Positions 1-9,716 of a stretch of DNA of 64,000 nucleotides are shown here, one piece after another. The position numbers and the translations under genes are program-made. The DNA comes from Macrostomum lignano (Eukaryota), in assembly GCA_002269645.1 (NCBI GenBank), contig NIVC01000273.1:1-64000 (forward strand). Reading direction: 5' to 3'. A model generated the notes under the pieces. The model did not search any database, had not been told where the DNA came from, and worked only from the letters and a program-made list of their open reading frames with translations. How positions within the stretch are numbered: the first letter of the stretch is position 1; each line of letters starts with the position of its first letter.

Positions 1-160
1 TTTTAGAGCAGGGGGGTTGTGTGCACACTGGCGCACTTTAAGCGACATAGGCACACAACCGGCGGGAGGCATTACTGCCCATTCCGACGACTCCCCTGAG
101 CAGGAACACAAGCGCGCGGATACGTACGCAGGCACACACTCAGGCACAGGCACAGACTCT
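1..160 (-). mobile_element. Partial copy of a dispersed tRNA-derived SINE-like repeat
   Basis: ACACAACCGGCGGGAGGCATTACTGCCCATTCCGACGACTCCCCTGAGCAGG...GGATACGTACGCAG matches 58221-58310 directly and the reverse complement of 35220-35350. Confidence 0.6.
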
Positions 161-720
161 GCTTGGGGCATGATCGGGAACTCTGGGCTCAATCTGGAGT
201 ATTTCTCAGCAGGGGATCCTTTGTGGCTGTGAGCGAGGCTGACTTGCGACTTTGATTACTAAGAGTAGTATGAGGCGAACATGTACTGTCTCTAGTTTAG
301 ATTGCTCAGGGCGAAGGGACGCGTCAGCATGGGGTTGCAACCTTCCTACTGCCATTCTGTGCCAAGACTCGCTAATCCCTCTACTGCACAAACACGCCGG
401 CCCCGCAGCACGCACTCACAGGCGGGCTTTGCACGGGAGAGGCCATTAGCTTACCCAACTTCCTTATGTTTTGCCACCCCGGGAGAAAGGCTTAGCAAGC
501 CATGAGTGAAATGATGGTGAAAGAGTGAATAATGATGAGGTTAGTTAATAGTTAATAATTAGGCCCTTAGGCAAGTAATCAGGCAGTTAGGCGGCTTCAC
601 TATTGAGTAAAAATACAGCAAAAGGTACGGTATTACAACTGGCTCAGCTCTCTAATCAGACAATGGAAAAATAGGCAAACTCCGGATAAGCAAAGGCAAT
701 TAGAGCACAAATCAGTAATA

Positions 721-1692
721 CTTCGGGTGTGTCATAAGTAATGTCACTGCAGGCCTCTGTCTAAAATATGTAGGCACATGGACTTGTGGGTAGCGTAGCT
801 GCAAAGTATACTTAGTGAAGCAATACCAGTGCATTTGAGACGTGCATAGGTTGTTTATGGCCCAAGCTATCGCAAGAATACGCCAAGCAGATTTAGCAAG
901 TGCAACGCGATGAAAAATCGTCTATGCAGCGAACAAAAATCACCATGAATCTCGACAAGACGCCTGCATCAAGCAGATCCGCAAGGTGTTCAGCAGGCGG
1001 GGCTTGAATGACATCCTAAACTGCCTGGTTGCTGAGGATGAAAGCTGGCTCCACCTGGATGGCAAGGGCAGCAAGGCAGACAATCGCTGCTGGCTGGGAG
1101 CTGGGGACTCCAGGGCGACTGTGACCAGGAAGTCCATCTTGGACAAGAAGACCATGCTGCTGGTAGCCTTCACGCCAAACAAACGAGTCTCCATCTGCAC
1201 AACTCCACCGAACACCAAAGTCGATGGCCAGTATTTTATCGACTTTATACGGCACACTGGAGACCTCTGGCGCAATCTCCGGTCAAATCCATGTCACCTG
1301 GACGAGGTTCTGTGGCAGATGGACACCGCACGGCCGCACACCTGTAAGGCTTTTTCGAATTTTCTGCTTGCACGGCGAGTGAATATGCTCTGACAGTCCC
1401 AACAGCTCAGACTTCAACTTTTGCAAGAGATTCCTGTTCAAATGGCTGAAGGCTGATTTTTCCAAGAAGAGTTTCGCAAACCATGAAGAGGTCAAACAGG
1501 CCGCGTTGCACTGGTTACGGCAGTTGGAGGAAAAACACCTGCAGGCTGAGGTGGACAAGCTGTATGAGCACTGCCAGAGGGTGATTGATATTGGGGGACT
1601 CTATGAATTGTTGAGTGATACAGTTTTTTTCATCTGCGATTGCAAGTTCGTCTGTTTTCACATCAGTGACATTACTTATGACACACCCGAAG
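721..1692 (+). mobile_element. Internally deleted Tc1/mariner DNA transposon (972 bp)
   Basis: Perfect 29-bp TIRs CTTCGGGTGTGTCATAAGTAATGTCACTG (721-749) and its reverse complement (1664-1692), flanked by TA on both sides (719-720, 1693-1694); encloses a transposase remnant. Confidence 0.92.
986..1610 (+). pseudogene. Mariner-type DDD transposase catalytic-domain remnant
   Basis: AEDESW (first D), MDTARPHT (second D, cf. HDNARPH), then a stop at 1391-1393 and a frameshift into FLFKWLK...KLYEHCQRVIDIGGLY (mariner C-terminus). The SPDLxPxD motif is degraded and no HTH region is seen. Confidence 0.85.
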
Positions 1693-2129
1693 TACGAAGT
1701 AGGAACTTACCGGCAGCTGCACAGAGAGAGAGAGAGGCGGAGTGACCGAGGGCGGCTGTAGGCTGCAGTCAGGCAGATGGTGAAGCGACGAGGCGCTGGT
1801 GTAGATCAGGCGAAGCTGATGATGCTGGGCGGTATCAGACCGCTGGCCAATAGGCGAGCTCACTCGGGGAGTTGAAGATAACTTGGCGGTAACAGACCGC
1901 GGACCGGCAGGGATTCGTCTTATAGACGAATGGGTCAGAACTCAGTCTGATGGCAAGTCTAAAGAAAGACTAGGAGCCCGAAGGTGGGCAAAAGTTGAGT
2001 CTTCTCATGCCGAAAACCGCCTCCTTTTATAGCCTTCCCAGCCGCCGCTCCAAGGTCGTTTCCATGGCTCCCTCTCTCTGATTGGCTGCCGGCCGAATGA
2101 CGTCAGAATGAGTCATGATGAGAAACATG

Positions 2130-2810
2130 AGACCGGCATAGCAACATGAGAAAAAGGGAAATTGCGCAATCCGGAGGTGGGGTGGGGGAGAATTGGCGCA
2201 GCGGGTGGTCGCGAAAGTGTTGCGCAAGCAAACATTGAGAACAATAGGGCTGGGGTCGAGAACAAAGGAATTGGAAATCGGGGATAATTGGGGAGAATCG
2301 AGGACAATGGAAAAGTAAACATTGGAGAAAAGGTGATAATTAGGTGCGAAAACGAGAACAAAAGAAAGAGAAAATCGGAGAAAATGTGATAATTGGTGGG
2401 GGTAAAGAGAACAAAAGAATCGAAAACGAGAACAATAGAAGCGGAGGTGGGGTGGGTGTCGCATGAGAAATTTGGGGAGGAGAACAATGGCATGAGAAAA
2501 GGTTGCGCAAGAGAGGGGGATGAGTCATCGATGAGTCATCGAGGGAAGAAGGGGTCACACGACTTGCGTCACCGTTTGGGAGTTTGGGAAGGGATGGGAG
2601 ATCGGTGAGCACACAAAATACTGTAAGTAAACGCAGGGAAAGGGGGGGACAGCGCAGGAAAATAGTGCAGAGAGACAAAAAGAGGGGGAATAGGGAGAGT
2701 ACAAGAAGAATAGGGTGGGGCGCAGGGGAGATAAGGTAGAGGGGAGGGTACAGAGAGGGACAGGGAGCTCCGGAAAGGCAGGTGTGGCGGCAGGGGAGAC
2801 GGAACCAAGG
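2130..2810. repeat. Purine-rich (GA) low-complexity tract with loose internal repeats
   Basis: Recurrent GAGAACAA/GAGAAAA/GGGGAG motifs; the overlapping ORFs are Leu/Ser/Pro low-complexity. Confidence 0.7.
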
Positions 2811-4272
2811 CAGCAGGGGGGTGCAGCAGAGCGGGAGTCTCCAGGCCTGGTCAGAGACCTGGCCGAGTCTCGACAGCTCTGTGCAGGGGGGTACGCGGGA
2901 TAGGAGGCACCTTCGAAAAAGTTCCCATGCCCTATCCCGCGACCAGAGCGTGGTTACATCACCTCTCTATAATTCTCTCATCTCATATCTCATTTCATCT
3001 CAACTGTCCCTCTATCTCTCATCTCCTCTTGTCACACGTATCTTCTCATCTAATCTCTACTCTATTTCCCTCCTTTCCTTTCACACCTGGCCGGCAGCCA
3101 AAAGCTAGAATATTTCTCTGTCCCTCAAGGTAAAAAAAGTTTTCCGGCCACCCGCATGGCGTAGCCTCATTTCGGCCTGAGCTTTAGCTAGCCGTTGAAT
3201 AATGGCCGAATTACGAGCGCGCGTGACAACTCCGCAACATGTTGAGGCTTCCACTCCAAAAAACAGTTTCAGGGTGAATGTCATTTCCCACACTTACACA
3301 TGTTATATATTAGCTTTCACCTTTGATTCTTTTTGTCATGCTTTTAGCTTCGGAACTTTATTTCATGTTTAGTCGTTTAATAGATATAAAATCGACTAGT
3401 TTTGATGATGAGCAGTGCTTTACTCTGGCTGCTGTCGGTGGTTCCTCTTGCTATTATTCGCTGCGCGCTTCCGCCGGTCGGGGCGTGCGCGCTTGTGCCA
3501 CAGTGTGCAAAAAATGCACAGGTGCGTACAATGGCTATGCGTACTTTCCCCGGCTGTTTTAGTTACCAAGCGCACGCAGTCTCGTCCGTAGTAAATGAAA
3601 GTGGCTGGATATGTGTACATTAACGAACGACGCCGAGGAAGGAAGGCAAAGGCACGGCACGGGCGAGGAAGACGAACTTGCAAACGCGAGACAGGGTAGC
3701 TGGGCCAGAGCAGCCCCGCGCGGCCTAAAAAACCCCCACGGGCCGGGGGGGGACTCAAGCACCCACCCCTCCCCCCGCCAGACAGAGCACGCACACCGGA
3801 GAGCCCACACAGGCCCGGGGCGGCCCCTCCCCGACGTGTTCGCTAACTCAGAGTAGCAACGCTACTCACCACTTAAGCAATACAAGCGGTAGGGCGCAAC
3901 AGCCGCAACACCCAACACCAGTCGAAAGCTGTCGTTCTTTCTGTCAACGCCTGTTTCACTGCGCTTTTCTCTTTTCTTTGCTCTGCAATATTCATAAATC
4001 TCGTACTGCAGCAGAGACGAAGCTAACTGTACAATTATTGCAGAAAAATCTATCCACATGACTGCACACAATGTACTCATACTGTACTCTGGAGGCAAAA
4101 TTTGGGCAGTAATAGTTGTAGACAATGTACTTCCGTTTAAGTCTCGTCTACCGCTGTAGTTTTCGTTTTTAAAATAGAATCTACGAGCTTTGGCCTAGCG
4201 ACTAGGGAGCAGCTTTCTACAAGCACTGTAAATCTGGTGCAGTATTTTGCAATCAATTCAATCTGCTTTAGC

Positions 4273-5188
4273 ATGCAGAACTTGGGGCCGCAACTCGGAG
4301 CGATAGGAGGCTCTCTGAGCAGCACCTGCCTTTGCGTCAAAGGCCTGAGTCCCGATAGCAGCGACCTCACTATTCGGCAACTGATGACTCAGGAAGCTGG
4401 AGTTCCCGATCACGCCATCGTGTATTCTCAGGCTATTTTAGACAAAACCACCGGCCATTGTAGAGGTTTGATTCCATTATATTATGTTTATGCTATTTTA
4501 TTGTTGAATGCATTTATGTTTACTCCTAAGACCATCCGCTAAACCCTAACCGACACCAGGCCTCGGCTTCGTTGAGTTTCAAAACGAGTCGCAGGCCAAC
4601 CAGGCTTTGGAGGCGATTCAGCGGCGGCCAGTGCAGGGCGATAGACGCTTGCAAATCGGATTCGCTCTTGTGAGTGCTAGTGTCATACGTCAGCAAACAT
4701 TTTCGTAGGGAAGTCCACAAAATATGAAAGTAAAGCTTATAGTTAAATCATTTTTAATGGCTATTCAATCTAAACAGGAGAACGAGAAGGATCTTACTAG
4801 CGTGTACTTGTGGAATTTGCCGGTGTCGTGCAGCGATTATTGGATTCGACAGGTCCTTGTCAATAGCCTCATCATGAACAGAAAGATTACTCAGCCGATT
4901 AAGTCCGTCAAGGCCCTTCCAGCCAATCCAAAGTACTCAATCGGATTCATTCGCTTCGGAGAAGAGAGCGATGCAGCAGCAGCGATTGAGTTCTTTATCA
5001 GAAACGGTCTCGAGTTCAGCTATCGGTTCGGATGCTCGGACCGGCTTGCGGCTAGACTGGCAGACAAAGCAAGCCCCAGAGCAAGGCTTGATCAGATCGC
5101 TCGGCTGTCTGCCAATCAGCGAGGGTCTATGAATGATGGCCGGTCAATGAGCTTTGAGGACATCGTAAAGCCGAATCCGGTTCTCTCT
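4273..5188 (+). CDS. Copy A: tandem RRM (RBMS/alan shepard-like) RNA-binding unit, exons 4273-4465, 4560-4669, 4778-5188
   Basis: GT-AG introns 4466-4559 (phase 1) and 4670-4777 (phase 0) join CLCVKGL...QAILDKTTGHCRG|LGFVEF (RNP2/RNP1) and VYLWNLP...SIGFIRF...RLAD. Donor GTGAGT at 5189. The same intron positions occur in copies B/B'. The 3' end is unresolved (a small exon may start at 5261). Confidence 0.8.
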
Positions 5189-5534
5189 GTGAGTCAACTC
5201 GATCTGCTGAATTTTAACTACAACTATAGAACGAATCGATTTAATCCTATTGTCTGACAGGGGAAGGCTTTGCAGAGCGATTCAAAAGCAGCAAAGTGCG
5301 TACATCATTGTGCTATGTGAAACACAGAAACAATCGCTTTAAAGCCCAGACAGGAAGTTAGAAAACAGATGCTGTGTTCCCTTATCCGTCGTACCAAGTA
5401 ACGTTGCTTTGTCACTAGGATACTCGAATGTACTCGTATATGATGCATTGTGCTTTTCTTTATCAATTCACCTATATGTACTTTATTCAACTTTATTTTA
5501 CCGATTATCCGAATTTAATTACTTTTTACATCAG

Positions 5535-8093
5535 GAAATCTCTGCGGAGCCACTCCAGCTAAAGGACGCTGAGAGCCCCTTCAAGTGGAATGCTCACGAA
5601 GGCTCACTAAGAACTCCAGAGGATGTAATTCGCAAACTGTCTGAAAAACTTAAGCTGGAGCCGATGCTATCCGCAGCGTATGGAGGTCTGCTTGCTGCTT
5701 ACCATTCTGCTGCTTCTCCAAGCCGCAAACTGATTGATTTTAGCAAGGCAAGAAAGCACCTGAAGGATGCAATAGAAGCTGCCAATAGTGCCCATCAACA
5801 TCACGTTAGGTGCGACTTTGTCCTGGAGGCCATCTCTCTTCATCTGGATCAACAACAAAAGAAAACGTCTCCTGAGTTCGATGAACGCGTAAAGGCTCTG
5901 GGTCAGGCTTGGAACGTTCCAGATAATGCACAGCGAATCGAAGTCAGAGCCAATGCATTTCACGTCAAGGCACTGGCACTGTTTAACCAAGGGATAGAGA
6001 AATACGTCCAGGCAGAGGAAGCTGTTAGGACCAGCTTGAGCTTGCGACCCGACAATTTCATGTGCGTCTACCTGCTGGCGTACATTTTAGCGCGCTTGCG
6101 CAGATACCGCAAAAACAGGGCTGCTGCGGGTCCAGAAGAGCTGCTCCTGTGGAAGCGGAGCGAGGAGCTCGCTAACTTGCAGAACCTGGACGATGCGCCC
6201 AAAGAAATTCGGCTGTATTACCAGCAGTTTTTAATTAACTATTCAGAGGCACTTTTGAATAACGCTGACCTAAAGGAAAAGTGCCAAAGCTTGGCTTCTG
6301 AAACGTTCCTGGCATTAAAGAACCTGAACGCAGAAGATTTAGAATGCCACTACCGAATCGCTCTCAAATGTGAAAAAGTGTTTCGAATTCTCAAATTGCA
6401 ATTGAATGACACTCAAACCCCACGAAGCATCTTACTCAGCCTAAAAGATGTAACAAAAAACTCTCAGTTATTTTTTTCATTGGCAAAACTGATGGAAAAC
6501 GAATCTGACTATGAAGAGTATGAGAGTTTGCTCGTCCGAGCTCAGCAGGTGGCGCCCGAGCCTGGACACATTTGGGTAGACGTGTGTTTGCAGGAATACC
6601 GAGAGGAAAGACCGAATGATTTCACTCACGAGTTTATTTTGGACGAGTTTGATACGATGATAGCCAAATACAAGGATAATTTTAGAAACAAGTCTGCAAT
6701 TCAGTATGCCAAGGGAGCCTACATGTGTCGGCGGCAGCTCGTTGACAGCGGCTTTGAGTCGATGGTCGAAGCAGTTCAAGTGTGTCCTGATGTCAGAGTT
6801 TACTTTCCTCCTTGGAAAAAAGAAAAAATATTGCAAATTCTATGCGAACGGACAGAAAGACCCGAACTGGAGGCTTGGTTCAGGCTGCACATCATGAACT
6901 GGGATTTTCAATCTACACAAATTATTTGCGAACGCTTTCAGAAGGCGCTGCAAAGTGAAAACTCGGATCACCAGCTGGTATATGAGCATCTTGGTCTGTT
7001 GTACTTTCGCCTTCGAGACTTTCAAGCTGCAGAAGAAAATTTCCGAAAACTTCAGTCTGAAAATCCTCGCAGAAACTCTCTGCTGTCGTCCGCTTTGCTC
7101 AAACGTGCCGAATCAAGAGATGAAGCTGAAAAGAGAGACTTGATTGTCGAGGCTCTCCGACTTGGAAACCCGGAGGCGTGCCAGCCCGCTCGACTCTTGC
7201 TGGACAACCGACTGGATCATCAGCTGCGGTTCCCTCTAGAAGCCATCAAGCAGAAGTACTGTCCTAAAGACCCCGAGAGTGAGATGCAGATCGTGCCGTG
7301 GCTGTTCAGCAAGGACTCGTACGAGCTGCTCGCTCTGATCAGCATCGCGTCAGAGAAGAACTATGAAAACTACTCAAAAACGTCGCCTCTGGTCCAGACG
7401 GATCTGCGGAAATCGAGACTGGCTCTGGAGCGTCTAGAGCAGCGCGGGAAACAGACTGAAAGCAAGTATTATAATGCCATCATGGAAACCCTGAAACTCG
7501 CAAAAAGTGCAATGGATGGATTAACTGCAAAACTGGATGGCTACGAAATGGAAAAGAAACTTGATTACTTCCCATACGGCTTCCGGTATATGACTGTAAA
7601 AAAGGATGAGAGCAAAAAGTTGATTTGCGGATTACAGAAACAAAGCCACGAAAATCGAAGAACGGAGATAAATAAGAAACTTTCAAATTTGCTCAAGTTG
7701 AAGGCATCCGCCACTGATGAAGCGAATCAGAGAGTAAATGCGCTCGTTGATTTGCTGAGCACTCGAGAATCAAAAGCGTTTCAGTTCCAGCAGCCATTTG
7801 CTTGGCTTGTGATCTGGCAGGAGTTGAGAAACAAAGCGGAGCACTCGAGCGCACAGAAGCCCATGAAGACTTTGATTCCAGAGTTATTGGAGGCCTGGAA
7901 CTGCGACCCAGATTGTGCTGGAAGCGTCGCGCACATGGCTGCGGAGTTCGCTGAGGAGACACGACTGATATTCGAGGCCGAGACTGAGGCGCTTCGAGCA
8001 GCCACTGGTAAGACCGGAGTACCAGTAGAAGATTTGAACTCAGCCCAGTCGAGACCCACCAAGAAGTTTTTGGCTTTGCATCTTTCTGACTGA
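5535..8093 (+). CDS. Copy A: single giant exon, IFIT-like TPR protein with C-terminal HEPN-like domain (852 aa)
   Basis: Uninterrupted ORF beginning at a polypyrimidine/CAG acceptor (AG|GAA ATC). TPR motifs include YEHLGLLYFRLRDFQAAEENFRKL and AEEAVRTSLSLRPDNFMCVYLLA. RNKAEH at 7827-7844; stop at 8091-8093. Confidence 0.8.
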   Translation, partial: EISAEPLQLKDAESPFKWNAHEGSLRTPEDVIRKLSEKLKLEPMLSAAYGGLLAAYHSAASPSRKLIDFSKARKHLKDAIEAANSAHQHHVRCDFVLEAISLHLDQQQKKTSPEFDERVKALGQAWNVPDNAQRIEVRANAFHVKALALFNQGIEKYVQAEEAVRTSLSLRPDNFMCVYLLAYILARLRRYRKNRAAAGPEELLLWKRSEELANLQNLDDAPKEIRLYYQQFLINYSEALLNNADLKEKCQSLASETFLALKNLNAEDLECHYRIALKCEKVFRILKLQLNDTQTPRSILLSLKDVTKNSQLFFSLAKLMENESDYEEYESLLVRAQQVAPEPGHIWVDVCLQEYREERPNDFTHEFILDEFDTMIAKYKDNFRNKSAIQYAKGAYMCRRQLVDSGFESMVEAVQVCPDVRVYFPPWKKEKILQILCERTERPELEAWFRLHIMNWDFQSTQIICERFQKALQSENSDHQLVYEHLGLLYFRLRDFQAAEENFRKLQSENPRRNSLLSSALLKRAESRDEAEKRDLIVEALRLGNPEACQPARLLLDNRLDHQLRFPLEAIKQKYCPKDPESEMQIVPWLFSKDSYELLALISIASEKNYENYSKTSPLVQTDLRKSRLALERLEQRGKQTESKYYNAIMETLKLAKSAMDGLTAKLDGYEMEKKLDYFPYGFRYMTVKKDESKKLICGLQKQSHENRRTEINKKLSNLLKLKASATDEANQRVNALVDLLSTRESKAFQFQQPFAWLVIWQELRNKAEHSSAQKPMKTLIPELLEAWNCDPDCAGSVAHMAAEFAEETRLIFEAETEALRAATGKTGVPVEDLNSAQSRPTKKFLALHLSD

Positions 8094-8984
8094 AAGCTTT
8101 GTTTATCTATTGACCATTTCTGTGTTTTCGCTTGAGGCTTTTCTGAATTATGTACCGACAATGTTGCATGTAGTGTCCTGAACGGCGCGTTCAGACCGGA
8201 TACTGACTGGAATATGACTAACTACTGACTAAAGTTGCTGCTGCCCGAACGCTTTTTTTATTTACATGTACTCCCGTACTCAGTCTCGGCACCCGCTGTA
8301 GATTTTTAAGGGTTTTTAGCGTTGACAGTTTCGTATTTGCTTTGCTTTTTAACTTCGACCTGTTTCGTTATTTTTTCTTACCTAACAAATTATGTAATTT
8401 TCCCTTTGACCAAGAAGTGCACTGTTGTGCAGCCTTCATGTACTTTTATTAATTTTGTCTTTTGCGAGTTTAAAATCACTTTCCAATTTTTTATTAATTT
8501 GCTCATTGAAGTTACTCTTAGCAGGTCCTGGTTTCTTCTGAGTTCGAGCAACTTCTCGCTTCATTCATTTGGCCTAATATATAAGGTGTGATAAAATTCC
8601 ATTGCCGTTTTTAATTGAAGCACGCAGCCACACACAACGCTGCTGAACCAACATGGACTTTTAGCTATAAGTACGAGCTATTAGATTCCTTGATTGACTT
8701 TTGTAAGCCCTCAAAATTTTTGTACGCTTATGTTTTTCATGTACTAGGCTTTTTGGCTCTCTTTAGGCCTTTCTAAATCCCACTGATATGCCACCAAAGC
8801 TGTCCAATGGGTTACTTCGGCCATCTAAGTCAATTCACAACGTCACCACAAAGTAACAGTGCTTTGCTTTTCTTATTAAATCCAACTGTTGATACCAAGT
8901 TGTGCTACTGCTGTTAACTGTTTCTTAGAATCAGTCTGTGAATTAGTCGCTTAGTACATTTTGAAAGTATTCAACGTATATAGT

Positions 8985-9716
8985 CTGGTAGCGTCTAATG
9001 TATTATTCTGGTAGCGTTCACTATATAAGTCTGGTAGCGTCTATTGTATTATTCTGGTAGCGTCTATTGTATTATTCTGGTAGCGTCTATTGTATTATTC
9101 TGGTAGCGTCTATTGTATTATTCTTGTAGCGTCTATTGTATTATTCTTGTAGCGTCTATTGTATTATTCTTGTAGCGTCTATTGTATTATTCTAGTAGCG
9201 TCTATTGTATTATTCTGGTAGCGTCTATTGTATTATTCTGGTAGCGTCTATTGTATTATTCTTGTAGCGTTTATTGTATTATTCTTGTAGCGTCTATTGT
9301 ATTATTCTGGTTGCGTCTATTGTATTATTCTGGTAGCGTCTATTGTATTATTCTGGTAGCGTCTATTGTATTATTCTGGTTGCGTCTATTGTATTATTCT
9401 TGTAGCGTCTATTGTATTATTCTGGTTGCGTCTATTGTATTATTCTGGTTGCGTCTATTGTATTATTCTAGTAGCGTCTATTGTATTATTCTTGTAGCGT
9501 CTATTGTATTATTCTGGTAGCGTCTATTGTATTATTCTTGTAGCGTCTATTGTATTATTCTGGTAGCGTCTATTGTATTATTCTGGTAGCGTCTATTGTA
9601 TTATTCTTGTAGCGTCTATTGTATTATTCTTGTAGCGTCTATTGTATTATTCTGGTAGCGTCTATTGTATTATTCTTGTAGCGTCTATTGTATTATTCTG
9701 GTAGCGTCTATTGTAT
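8985..9716. repeat. 23-bp minisatellite, ~32 copies
   Basis: Unit GGTAGCGTCTATTGTATTATTCT with few variants (CTTGTAG, CTAGTAG, GGTTGCG) and no spacers. Confidence 0.95.

Noticed and set aside
2078-2120. CCAAT + CRE (TGACGTCA) + AP-1 (TGAGTCA) motif cluster
   Set aside because: Short motifs inside repeat-like DNA more than 2 kb from the nearest gene start, with no supporting conservation.
5409-5534. TTG-started N-terminal extension of the 894-aa ORF
   Set aside because: AT-rich, polypyrimidine and intron-like; not conserved in B/B', where homology begins exactly at the AG|GAAATC acceptor.
8985-9716. CRISPR-like array / ORF 9251-9520
   Set aside because: Contiguous 23-bp units with no unique spacers, in a eukaryotic context; the ORF is just the translated repeat.
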